A stretch of DNA of 64,000 nt. Origin: a virus. The translations under genes and the position numbers were made by a program. The notes beneath the pieces were generated by a model. The model did no database searches. It worked only from the letters and a program-made list of their open reading frames with translations, and had not been told where the DNA came from. Of this stretch, positions 36,453 through 46,153 are shown piece by piece; the stretch's first letter is position 1, and each line of letters starts with the position of its first letter. Where the stretch lies: positions 45,486-109,485 of the IMG/VR virus record IMGVR_UViG_3300021471_000006; one strand, written 5' to 3'.

Positions 36453-39400
36453 ATGATTAACGGAGATAATGGAGTAGACAAGATATTTTTTAAGCTAAAG
36501 GATAGCTTTATAGAGAATTACAAAGACAAACAACCAGAATGGGGATATGGTGGTCTGGGCTATACGGTTTACAAACGTACATATGCTCGTCGCTTGAATG
36601 GTTCTACAGAAGAGTTCTGGCAAACTCTTAGAAGAGTAGTAGAGGGAGTTTTTACTATTCAAAAAAGACACTGTATTAGGAATTTAGTTCCTTGGTCAGA
36701 GCTTAAAGCCCAAAATTCGGCACAGAAAATGTTTAAGCTTATGTGGGAATTTAAATTCTTACCGCCGGGAAGAGGATTGTGGATGATGGGAACAGACTAT
36801 GTATACAAACGAGGCGGAATGTCATTAAATAATTGTGGATTTGTAAGCACGCAGAACATTACTACTAACTTTGCTGAGCCATTCTGTTTTCTAATGGACG
36901 CTTGTATGCTTGGAGTGGGAGTTGGAGCAGATACAAAAGGAGCCGGAAAGATGACTGTTAGAGAGCCAAAGATTTCAAATGAAGCATTTCTCATTCCAGA
37001 CACAAGAGAAGGGTGGGTAGAGGCTCTACGAAAAGTACTAAATGCTTTCTCTGGAGAAGGAGAGCTGCCAGCTAGTTTTGATAGTTCTTTAATTAGACCA
37101 TATGGAGAGCCCATAAATGGTTTTGGAGGAACAGCCTCTGGACCGGGACCACTGCTTGAGATGTTAGCAGATGTAGAGAAAGTACTCAGAAAAAGAATTG
37201 GAGAAAAGATAACATCAACTGATATTGTAGATATTTTTAATTTAATAGGGAGATGTGTAGTTGCCGGAAATGTAAGGAGAACTGCAGAAATAATGTTTGG
37301 TGAACAAGATGATGAAGAGTTTCTTAATCTTAAAAATCCAGAGATGTTTAAAACTGAACTTCTGCACCATCGTTGGGCCAGCAACAATTCCATTTTTGCA
37401 AAAGTTGGGATGGACTACTCAAAAGTTGCAGAACTTACTGCAAAGAATGGAGAACCCGGATATGAATGGTTAGACAATGCTAGAGCATTTTCAAGGATGG
37501 GAAAAGAACCAGATAATAAAGATTATAGAGCCGGTGGAGGCAATCCATGTTTGGAACAAACGCTTGAACCATATGAACTTTGCTGCGTAACTGGTGATAC
37601 CAGAATTCAAACACGGTCAGGTTTACCGAAAATTAAAGATGTCGTCGGCAAAACAGTTGAAGTGTGGAATGGCGTATGCTGGTCAAAGGTAAAACCATTT
37701 AAAGCCGGTAAAAACAAAAAAATACTGAGGGTATACATATCAGATGGTTCATACTTGGATTGTGATAAAAAGCACGAATTTTTAGTAAGAGAAAGAACAA
37801 AGAGAAGATACGTTAAAAAATATGCTAAAAATTTAAAGCCCGGAGACACGTTACCAGAATATTCTTTAGAACCAGACATGGGGGGAAAACACGTTGAAAA
37901 CGCATATGAATATGGTTTATTTGCCGGAGATGGATGTGTAGATAAAAATAATCCAATATTATGTATTGGAGGAGATAAAAACAAGTTAAAGAACAAAATT
38001 AAAGGAAAGTGGTATAAACCAAGAACCAACGAATATAATAAACCAATGTACAGAGTCTCTATGAAAAATATTCTAGATTTAGAAATGTGTAGACAATTAA
38101 GACAAAAAGAATTACCAGAGGATATTTTTAGTTGGGATTCCAATTCAATAATGGAGTTTATAGCGGGTTACATTGATTCTGATGGAAGTGTTGGAAAATA
38201 TGGTAATACACATAATTATAGAATATTTGGCCTAGAACAAAAGATGCGAGACCTTCAAATTTTGTGTAGAAGAATAGGTATAAACCATGCTACAGTTAAC
38301 TTAATGTCAAAAAAAGGGACTAAAACTAATTTTGGTACTAGAAACGAAGATTTGTGGTTCTTATATATACCAACATATGAATGTGCGGGAATTCCAACAA
38401 GATTAAAAATAGCAACTAAATTTGGAAGTGGTTTAAAAAATAATAACGCGCATGTTAATGGAAGGCAAATTTCTTATAAACGAAGACAAAAGATTGTTGG
38501 TATAACTGAAAAATTACAAAGAGAAGACACATATTGTTTTACAGAGCCAATGTATAATATGGGCGTGTTTGGTAACGTTTTAACATTTCAATGTCTTGTT
38601 GAAACTTTTCCAGTTAAGCACAATACACTTGAAGAGTGGATAGAGACACTTAAATACGCATATTTATATGCGAAAACTGTCACACTTATTCCTACACATA
38701 ATAAGCTTACAAATGCTGTTATGTTAAGAAATAGGAGAATAGGTTGTTCAATATCTGGAATTACTCAAGCTTTCAAGAAGTTTGGCCGACGACATTTTTT
38801 TGAAAAAATAGACGAGGGCTATAAGAGAATCCAGGATTGGGACAAGACTTTTTCAGACTGGATGTGTATTCCCAGGAGCATCAAGATGACTTCTATAAAG
38901 CCGTCTGGCACCGTTTCGCTGTTGCCTGGTGTAACTCCTGGAATACATTATCCAATATCTGAATACTATATACGCAATGTGAGATTTATGAAAGGCAGTA
39001 AACTGCTTGAGAAACTAGAGAAAGCCGGATATCTAGTAGAGAAAGATAAATATACTGATAATACTTATGTAGTGAGCTTTCCAATAAAAGAAGAATACTT
39101 CGAAAGAAGTGTCAACGACGTTTCAATGTGGGAGCAATTAGAGAATGTAGCGCAAATTCAAGAGCATTGGGCAGACAATCAGGTAAGTGTCACTGTTAGC
39201 TTTAAAGATTACGAAGCTAAAGATATTAAATATGCTTTAGAACTTTACGAAACTAGACTGAAAGGTGTGAGTTTTTTGCCTATTAAAGACCATGGATATG
39301 AGCAAGCGCCTTATATACCCATAACAGAGAAGGAGTTTAAAAACTTAAGACGAAAAATAAAAGATAAAAATTTATTAGGCAAGATAACTAACTCAATACA

Positions 39401-39461
39401 CGAAATAGATGATAAGTTTTGTGATAGTACAACTTGTGAAATTGAGGTGGAATTAACATGA
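36453..39461 (+). CDS. nrdJ: Class II (AdoCbl-dependent, RTPR-like) ribonucleotide reductase containing an intein
   Basis: PPGRGLW, LNNC, VVAGNVRRTA, NPCLEQ, KPSGTVS, C-terminal CDSTTC. Confidence 0.95.
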   Translation: MINGDNGVDKIFFKLKDSFIENYKDKQPEWGYGGLGYTVYKRTYARRLNGSTEEFWQTLRRVVEGVFTIQKRHCIRNLVPWSELKAQNSAQKMFKLMWEFKFLPPGRGLWMMGTDYVYKRGGMSLNNCGFVSTQNITTNFAEPFCFLMDACMLGVGVGADTKGAGKMTVREPKISNEAFLIPDTREGWVEALRKVLNAFSGEGELPASFDSSLIRPYGEPINGFGGTASGPGPLLEMLADVEKVLRKRIGEKITSTDIVDIFNLIGRCVVAGNVRRTAEIMFGEQDDEEFLNLKNPEMFKTELLHHRWASNNSIFAKVGMDYSKVAELTAKNGEPGYEWLDNARAFSRMGKEPDNKDYRAGGGNPCLEQTLEPYELCCVTGDTRIQTRSGLPKIKDVVGKTVEVWNGVCWSKVKPFKAGKNKKILRVYISDGSYLDCDKKHEFLVRERTKRRYVKKYAKNLKPGDTLPEYSLEPDMGGKHVENAYEYGLFAGDGCVDKNNPILCIGGDKNKLKNKIKGKWYKPRTNEYNKPMYRVSMKNILDLEMCRQLRQKELPEDIFSWDSNSIMEFIAGYIDSDGSVGKYGNTHNYRIFGLEQKMRDLQILCRRIGINHATVNLMSKKGTKTNFGTRNEDLWFLYIPTYECAGIPTRLKIATKFGSGLKNNNAHVNGRQISYKRRQKIVGITEKLQREDTYCFTEPMYNMGVFGNVLTFQCLVETFPVKHNTLEEWIETLKYAYLYAKTVTLIPTHNKLTNAVMLRNRRIGCSISGITQAFKKFGRRHFFEKIDEGYKRIQDWDKTFSDWMCIPRSIKMTSIKPSGTVSLLPGVTPGIHYPISEYYIRNVRFMKGSKLLEKLEKAGYLVEKDKYTDNTYVVSFPIKEEYFERSVNDVSMWEQLENVAQIQEHWADNQVSVTVSFKDYEAKDIKYALELYETRLKGVSFLPIKDHGYEQAPYIPITEKEFKNLRRKIKDKNLLGKITNSIHEIDDKFCDSTTCEIEVELT
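37584..38591 (+). mobile_element. Intein (336 aa) with LAGLIDADG endonuclease, ending in Gln
   Basis: Starts CVTGDT; block B CDKKHEF; GLFAGDG and FIAGYIDSDG; ends VLTFQ before extein Cys; removal restores ELCCLVE. Confidence 0.92.
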
Positions 39462-39522
39462 TATACTTTGAACTTCAAGAAGATGGAAGTGCATCTTTCG
39501 AATATACAATATTTATAGAAGA

Positions 39523-41016
39523 ATGAAAATAAACAACTATGAAGAGTTTCAGAGAAAGTCTTATCATTTTAAGATAAACAAGAGTTTCAATACTAGAACT
39601 GAACTCTCTCCAAGAATTCTAGAGATATCTGAAGCCTTTGGATTGGGCGTCAGCGAGTTAAAAAAATTTTCAGTGTTTGAAGATTTCTATATTGGCTTTA
39701 ATAAAGGTGAAATTATTTATATTACTGGAGATTCTGGAGGCGGTAAGAGTATACTGCTTAAGGAACTAAACAAGAGACTTATGATGGAAGGGAGTAGAAT
39801 TTTTCTAAGTTCTATAATTCCTAATCCAGAAGATGTTATAGTAGAGTCAATAGGAAAGACTACTGAAGAGGCAGTCAGATTACTTTCTGTAATGGGACTT
39901 AATGATGCATTTATCTTTCTTAGAAAATATAAAGAACTTAGTGATGGTCAAAAATACAGATATAGGCTTGCTAAGATGTTAGAAACTGGCATGGACTTCT
40001 ATTTCATCGATGAATTTTGTGCTAAACTAGACCGCATAACTGCCAAAGTAATAGCATACAACTTACAGAAAGTTGTCAGGCGAACCGGCGTCACTCTGTT
40101 TATCGCTACTACTCACTTGGATTTGATTACTGACCTAAATCCAGACATATTAGTTACAAAAAACTATATGGATAAAGTAAAGATTGAATATTTAACTCAT
40201 GAAAAAAGAAAAATCAGCTTTTATAATAAAGTGAAAATCGAAAGAGGTGTTATAGATGACTATAAGAAACTGGCGAAATTTCATTACAAGAATCCCAGTA
40301 CAGACTTCCCGTACTCGAGAATATATTGTGCAAGAATGGGAACGGAACTTGTTGGAACTTGCGTCTATAGTCCTCCCTTTTTACAAACAAAAGGAAGAAC
40401 AATTAAATTTGATGGAAAATATAGCTTAATGAAGAAAGAAGTGGTAGCTGAAATCAATAAGCTTTTTATTAGATGTTCTAGAATAGTAATTTCTCCAAAG
40501 TTCAGAGGCTGTGGACTTGGACAGAAATTGCTGCTTGAGTCTATGAAACTACAGAAAGATAAAAAATATGTAGAACTTATCAATATTATGGGAAAATATA
40601 ATCCATTTGCGGACAGAGTCGGCATGGAGAAAATAGAGATTAGCGAGGAGACAGACGCACCCACAATTGCTCTGGATAAATGGTTATGTGAAAAAGGTCT
40701 TAAGACCGATGAAATTCACAATCCAGTCTACTGGAGACAGTTTGTGGAATCTCTATCTCCTGCCGACAAAATCACTCTAACTAGAATGACTGGCAAAGTA
40801 CTTCACCATCCTAAGATAGGTCTATCGAGCAAGGAAGGCAAGAGGGCTGAAGTCGTTAGAAAAGAAAAGATTTATAAAGAGGTAGATTTTAATACGGTAA
40901 AAGAAGAAATTATAGACTATGTTCCAAAACTATATTCGGGACATACTCTATATTATATCTGGATAAATCCAGATTACCAAGAGAAAAAAATGAAAACAAT
41001 TGAAGAGTGGTTTTAA
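39523..41016 (+). CDS. ABC-ATPase fused to GNAT acyltransferase, with C-terminal PIP-like box
   Basis: GDSGGGKS, LSDGQKYR, FIDEF, ATTH; RIVISPKFRGCGLG; ends MKTIEEWF. Confidence 0.85.
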   Translation: MKINNYEEFQRKSYHFKINKSFNTRTELSPRILEISEAFGLGVSELKKFSVFEDFYIGFNKGEIIYITGDSGGGKSILLKELNKRLMMEGSRIFLSSIIPNPEDVIVESIGKTTEEAVRLLSVMGLNDAFIFLRKYKELSDGQKYRYRLAKMLETGMDFYFIDEFCAKLDRITAKVIAYNLQKVVRRTGVTLFIATTHLDLITDLNPDILVTKNYMDKVKIEYLTHEKRKISFYNKVKIERGVIDDYKKLAKFHYKNPSTDFPYSRIYCARMGTELVGTCVYSPPFLQTKGRTIKFDGKYSLMKKEVVAEINKLFIRCSRIVISPKFRGCGLGQKLLLESMKLQKDKKYVELINIMGKYNPFADRVGMEKIEISEETDAPTIALDKWLCEKGLKTDEIHNPVYWRQFVESLSPADKITLTRMTGKVLHHPKIGLSSKEGKRAEVVRKEKIYKEVDFNTVKEEIIDYVPKLYSGHTLYYIWINPDYQEKKMKTIEEWF

Positions 41017-41025
41017 AAATGAATC

Positions 41026-41571
41026 ATGAAAACGGTGACAGCCAAAATGAGTAATCTAACAGATGAGTTTAAGAAATTAGTATTTAAGAAAGAAATGCCA
41101 GATACTAATTTATTAGTTCCATTGATGATTTGGTTATCTGGAGACTACCTTAATATAGAAAACACGCAACTGGTGAATTTGAGATTTAAAAATATAGCGA
41201 AAAATATAAATATGAGAAGTTTATTACTAAAGAATAGAGTAAAACGCTTCCTTCGATACCCAAAGGTGAAGAAAGATAAAGACAGACTTAAATTCTTTTA
41301 TGACGACGTGTGTAAATACTTTGGGTGGTCAAGTCGTGAACTGCAGAAAAACAATCGTGTTTTGGAGTGGAACGAAGTTAAGATAGCAGTTTCCAAAGCG
41401 TTTGGATATGATAAAAAAGAACTGAAAATACTGGAGGGGTACAATGGGAAAAGATTTGGAAACAAGAGTAATAAAACTTCTAAAACAACGACGATGGACA
41501 AAAAAAGAGCTAGCCACAACATTAGAAATACCGCAAACGAAGATACTAGCAATATTAAGAATATTAGATAA
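41026..41571 (+). CDS. Hypothetical protein (possible clamp-loader accessory subunit)
   Basis: ORF in the replication cluster; function speculative. Confidence 0.5.
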   Translation: MKTVTAKMSNLTDEFKKLVFKKEMPDTNLLVPLMIWLSGDYLNIENTQLVNLRFKNIAKNINMRSLLLKNRVKRFLRYPKVKKDKDRLKFFYDDVCKYFGWSSRELQKNNRVLEWNEVKIAVSKAFGYDKKELKILEGYNGKRFGNKSNKTSKTTTMDKKRASHNIRNTANEDTSNIKNIR

Positions 41572-42382
41572 AAAAGGAGTCGATATATCAAAATTTGGAA
41601 AAGGAAAAGACAAAGAATTTTATTTATCTACCTCACCAGAAAGCTCGCAACCACAGTATGTGGTACTATCTGGTGTTAAATCGTCTCCACAAAAAATTAA
41701 ATTTGCGTTAACATCAGATTGGCATGTGGGAAGTATACAACACAACAGAAGCGGACTTGAGGACTGCATTCAAAGAGCAGTTGATGAGGGAGCTAAATTT
41801 GTCTTACATGCTGGAGATGTTCATGATGGATATAAAGTATATCGAGGACAACTTAACAATTTAACCGTGTGGAGAGCAGAAGACCAAACAGACTTAAGTG
41901 CGGATATTATAGATAGATTCCCTATACCAGTATACGGAATTGCAGGAAATCATGACTACAGTTATACTAAATTAGCAGGAATTAGACCTACCAAACTATT
42001 GGCATCTAAAACAGACAACTTTAAAGACCTTGGAGATGCCAGAGCAGATTTAGTAATTGGAGGAATTGAATTGAGATTATTACATGGAGCTGGAGGCAAT
42101 GCTTATGCAATAAGTTATCCGGCACAAAAATATCTTAGAAATATTGCAAGAGGTGACCCATCTGCAATACCTGAGATGTTGGGATTAGGACATTATCATA
42201 CTAACACTCAATTTGAAAGCCATGATTGTGTAGTAATTCATCCAGGTAACTTTCAGGGACCAAATGAGTTTACTGAAAGAAGAGGACTATTAGGTCCCAT
42301 GGGATTATATGTTGTAGAACTTACAACACAAGATGGAACTATTCTAAATTATAAAACTAAATTTTTAAAAGCAAGAAGTTGA
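41444..42382 (+). CDS. wHTH plus metallophosphoesterase
   Basis: N-terminal HTH; SDWH, AGD, GNHD, HG, GHYH. Confidence 0.85.
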   Translation: MGKDLETRVIKLLKQRRWTKKELATTLEIPQTKILAILRILDKKGVDISKFGKGKDKEFYLSTSPESSQPQYVVLSGVKSSPQKIKFALTSDWHVGSIQHNRSGLEDCIQRAVDEGAKFVLHAGDVHDGYKVYRGQLNNLTVWRAEDQTDLSADIIDRFPIPVYGIAGNHDYSYTKLAGIRPTKLLASKTDNFKDLGDARADLVIGGIELRLLHGAGGNAYAISYPAQKYLRNIARGDPSAIPEMLGLGHYHTNTQFESHDCVVIHPGNFQGPNEFTERRGLLGPMGLYVVELTTQDGTILNYKTKFLKARS

Positions 42383-42406
42383 AATATATGATATGTTGGT
42401 GAGACA

Positions 42407-44779
42407 ATGGTTTTTTTAGTGGAATCTATTCAAAGAGACAAGTATACAGAACTAATTCTCTTTCAAAGAGATAAAGACGGCAAGAAGTCTTATAAGATAG
42501 TAAAGGACTTCAGACCTAGATTCTTTGTTCCAGAAAGTGACCCAGTACCAGAAGATAGGAGAATAACTGGTGTAAAGAGCGGCTATAAAGACATAGATAA
42601 TAATCCAGTAAAAAAAATCTATACGCAAAAGTCAGTACATGTGCCAGAACTAAGAGACAGATTTTCCAAACACTATGAGGCTGATATTTTGTTCACTCAT
42701 AGATATATAATAAATCGTATAGGTCCTATAGAGCCGTATCCACTGAAAATTCTCTATATAGATATTGAATTGAATACTGTGGATAGTTTTCCAGATATGT
42801 TTGACCCAGACCAAGAGATAGTAACTATTTCTATGGTTGATAGTTTTGATAACAGAGAGATTCTTCTTTATTATGAAAGTCCAGAATGTAAAAAACCAAT
42901 TAAAGAAACTGAAACTATTAAGAAATTTAAAACAGAAGAAGATTTACTCAATGCATTTATAGTCCAGATGCAGAAATATGACCCAGATGTGATAACAGGA
43001 TGGAACATAGAGAAATTTGACCTGACTTATTTGATTAGAAGAATGGAGAAACTTGGATTAAATTATAGAAAACTTTCTCCACTATATTCAGTTAGAATAG
43101 ATGAAAAGTGGGGCGACGTAATGATTAAAGGAAGAGTAATTCTGGACATGATGAAGGGCTACAAATATTTTAGAAAGATTTCAAATCAAGGACGAGCTGA
43201 AAGTTATTCATTAGAATACACTGCTCAAGAAGTATTAAAAAAGGGAAAGATACCACATAAAGATAATTTTCACGACATGTGGATAAATAGTCCAGAAAAA
43301 CTCATAGAATATAACAAAAGAGATACATTATTAGTTAAAGAAATAAATGATACTTTAAACATAATTGATTTCTTTAATTCTATTCGCTGTAAAGCATGCG
43401 CTCAGCTCAGAGATATATATTCAACTTCTAAACTTACAGACGGTTTTCTTCTCAGAAAATGTAGAGATAAATATGTTCTTCCAAGTGGAAATAGAAACAT
43501 ATCTGATATAGAAAAATACTCTGGAGCGATAGTAATCAAACCAACTCCGGGAATTTATAAAAATGTAATTGGATTGGATATTAGCAGTATGTATCCAAAT
43601 TTGATGAAAACTTTTAACATAGGTTATGAGACCTTTAATCCAGATGGAGAAATACAATTAGCCGACGGAATAGGTTTTAATAACGGCATAGGTCTTATTT
43701 CTGAGACTCTTAGAGAACTTGAGCAAGAGAGAAACTACTGGAAGAAAAAAATGAGAAAGGCTGCTATAGAGAAAGACGAAGACAAAAGACAGCTTTATTA
43801 TTTTAATCAATATGCTGTCAAGGTAATAACAAATGCAATATACGGATATCTTGGATATCCAAGGTCTAGATTATACAAGAAAGAAGTAGCAGGGGCCGTT
43901 ACTACTGCCGGAAGAGAATTAATTATGTACACGAAACGAAAAGTCGAAGAACTTGGTTATAAAGTTTTATATGGAGATACGGATAGTGTATATGTTCAGG
44001 CAAAGAGTAATGGACTAATTCCACTTTTAACTGAAGGAAAGAAATTGTGTGACATATTGAATAAAAGTTATAAAGATTTTGCAAAAGAAAGGGGTGCAAA
44101 AATATGTACATTAAGTATGAAATTTGAAAAAGCCTTAAAAAGTATTATGTTTGTTTCAAAACGTGGAGAGAATGTTGGAGCAAAAAAGAAATATGCTTAT
44201 TTACCTCTTTGGATAGATGGTAAAAACGTTGAAGATAAAGTAGAGTTTACGGGATTTGAAACGATTCGTTCAGATACTCCTAGAATAGGAAGACTAGTTC
44301 AGAAGAAAGTAGTAGATATGGTTCTACACGGAGTTGAGAAAGAAAAAGTACTGGAGTACTTGAGAGACCTAGATAGAAAAATTAGAAACAAAGAAATTCC
44401 AGATGAAGAAATAGGTTTTCCAAAAGGCATTTCAAGTCCATTAAGAACTTACGGAAAACAAAAACGACACGGTAAGACTAATATAAGAATCGGCATTCCT
44501 CCAGTAGTAAAAGGCGCTCTATATGCAAATAAATACTTAGGAAAACGATATGGACAGGGAAGTAAACCTAAGTGGATTTATGTGAAAAGAGTTTCTCCGG
44601 GATTTCCAGAAACAGATGTAATTACTTATGATGAATTTATTCCAGAAGGTTTCATACCAGATTATGACGCAATAAATAAAAGAATTTTCGATTTTAAATT
44701 ATCTGAAATATTTAGAGCTGCGGGGTGGGGAGATTTTCCAGAATTAAATCAAAATACTTTAAACAAGTGGGGGATGTAA
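42407..44779 (+). CDS. polB: Family B DNA polymerase with proofreading domain and PIP box
   Basis: DIE, GWN...FD, DISSMYP, K...NAIYG, YGDTDS, KKKY; ends NQNTLNKWGM. Confidence 0.97.
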   Translation: MVFLVESIQRDKYTELILFQRDKDGKKSYKIVKDFRPRFFVPESDPVPEDRRITGVKSGYKDIDNNPVKKIYTQKSVHVPELRDRFSKHYEADILFTHRYIINRIGPIEPYPLKILYIDIELNTVDSFPDMFDPDQEIVTISMVDSFDNREILLYYESPECKKPIKETETIKKFKTEEDLLNAFIVQMQKYDPDVITGWNIEKFDLTYLIRRMEKLGLNYRKLSPLYSVRIDEKWGDVMIKGRVILDMMKGYKYFRKISNQGRAESYSLEYTAQEVLKKGKIPHKDNFHDMWINSPEKLIEYNKRDTLLVKEINDTLNIIDFFNSIRCKACAQLRDIYSTSKLTDGFLLRKCRDKYVLPSGNRNISDIEKYSGAIVIKPTPGIYKNVIGLDISSMYPNLMKTFNIGYETFNPDGEIQLADGIGFNNGIGLISETLRELEQERNYWKKKMRKAAIEKDEDKRQLYYFNQYAVKVITNAIYGYLGYPRSRLYKKEVAGAVTTAGRELIMYTKRKVEELGYKVLYGDTDSVYVQAKSNGLIPLLTEGKKLCDILNKSYKDFAKERGAKICTLSMKFEKALKSIMFVSKRGENVGAKKKYAYLPLWIDGKNVEDKVEFTGFETIRSDTPRIGRLVQKKVVDMVLHGVEKEKVLEYLRDLDRKIRNKEIPDEEIGFPKGISSPLRTYGKQKRHGKTNIRIGIPPVVKGALYANKYLGKRYGQGSKPKWIYVKRVSPGFPETDVITYDEFIPEGFIPDYDAINKRIFDFKLSEIFRAAGWGDFPELNQNTLNKWGM

Positions 44780-44781
44780 AG

Positions 44782-45867
44782 GTGATACAATTAAAAACAA
44801 TTCAAGATTTTTGCAAAAACGCATCATATATTATGGTTAGATTTGAAAAAACAGAAAATGAAGAATTTGGAAAGATACTTACTAATAAGGAAATAATGAA
44901 TTTAGACCTATCAAAGAATGAAATAAGAAGAAGTATAACTAATGTTAATGATGACAGACTTTTCGTGTTTGACCTTCTTCCAGAAGAGGGAGGAGTAACA
45001 CATAATAGTCCACTACAATTAGTAAAGAGCAATCTAAAAGATGCAAGAATTATAGAGAAAGTTTATCCACAAATATTCTCTTGGGCATTCGATGGAGTGA
45101 GTATTAGATGTTATGCGATAATTCCTTCTGGAAATCCAAAGGCACATTCAACTATAAGTCGTTATGGTGGAACAGATATGTTTTATAAGATTTTAAGACA
45201 ACATCTTAAAAATATTGCAAACATGAGCAGGGGCAAGACACCAGATTATAATTTTCTACAATGTCAAGAGAGAGTTCCAGAGACAGAAATAGCAATAGGC
45301 TCTATAAATAGATTTAATAACATGTATGCAATAGGAATAGGCTTGAAAAGTTCATATATAGACATAATTAGTAACAGTATAAATAATAAAAATGCCTTGA
45401 GACCTTTAAAAACTTTAAATATGAAATATTGGGCTAGAGAAATTAATCCAGACTTCATAGTAGAAGCAAAATATGTGAAACTGAAAGAGCCGTTAGAGCT
45501 AGATTTAAAGGAAGCATACGAGCTTTATCCTAAAGCTATAAAAAATCTTATGGCTTTGCCTCACAAGGGCAACTATCAGAGATTTCTATTAACTCGGTTT
45601 CTTCTTTCAGTTCATAAACCAAGTGACGCAAAATTTATTTATTATTCAGTACTTGGCGATGAAGACTTAAAGCATGTAAAATATGGAAATTGTAAAACAC
45701 AATGGAACTATATACTTAACAATATGTATAGATATAGTTGTCCAACGTTTCAAGAATTAAGCCAATATGCGGACCCAGAGGATGAGGGTCTTTCTCATCC
45801 TCTTGAAAAAATTCAAAAATACATGGACGAGAAGAAAAATGGTGAGAACTCGAAAGATAAACTATAA
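44782..45867 (+). CDS. Putative primase-related protein (degenerate AEP-like N-terminus, PriL/PriX-like C-terminus)
   Basis: Follows polB; YP.AI..L...GNYQRFLLTRFL...YSCPT reminiscent of primase large-subunit C-terminal domains. Confidence 0.5.
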   Translation: MIQLKTIQDFCKNASYIMVRFEKTENEEFGKILTNKEIMNLDLSKNEIRRSITNVNDDRLFVFDLLPEEGGVTHNSPLQLVKSNLKDARIIEKVYPQIFSWAFDGVSIRCYAIIPSGNPKAHSTISRYGGTDMFYKILRQHLKNIANMSRGKTPDYNFLQCQERVPETEIAIGSINRFNNMYAIGIGLKSSYIDIISNSINNKNALRPLKTLNMKYWAREINPDFIVEAKYVKLKEPLELDLKEAYELYPKAIKNLMALPHKGNYQRFLLTRFLLSVHKPSDAKFIYYSVLGDEDLKHVKYGNCKTQWNYILNNMYRYSCPTFQELSQYADPEDEGLSHPLEKIQKYMDEKKNGENSKDKL

Positions 45868-46153
45868 ATATGAGACATATAAACTCAGAAAACATACAAA
45901 AGTTTTAAATGACATTATAAAAAAATTAAATAACCAAACAAAAGTTATGCACGACAATATGATTTTTTTGAAAAAATATGCAGAAGAACAAGGTACAAAG
46001 ACATTTGAATACAAAAAAGAGAGAATAAAACTTTTGGAAAAAATAAAAGAATTAGAAACAGAACTTAAAAACTTAAAGGAGTTGAGAAAAAGTGAACGAA
46101 AAACCGTTAAGCGAAAGCCAGTTAAAAGTGCTTCTAACACTAGAAGAAAATGA
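45839..46153 (+). CDS. Basic coiled-coil protein
   Basis: Heptad repeats. Confidence 0.55.
   Translation: MVRTRKINYKYETYKLRKHTKVLNDIIKKLNNQTKVMHDNMIFLKKYAEEQGTKTFEYKKERIKLLEKIKELETELKNLKELRKSERKTVKRKPVKSASNTRRK

Noticed and set aside
39523-40200. ABC transporter
   Set aside because: No permease or binding-protein gene; the ATPase is fused to a GNAT domain.
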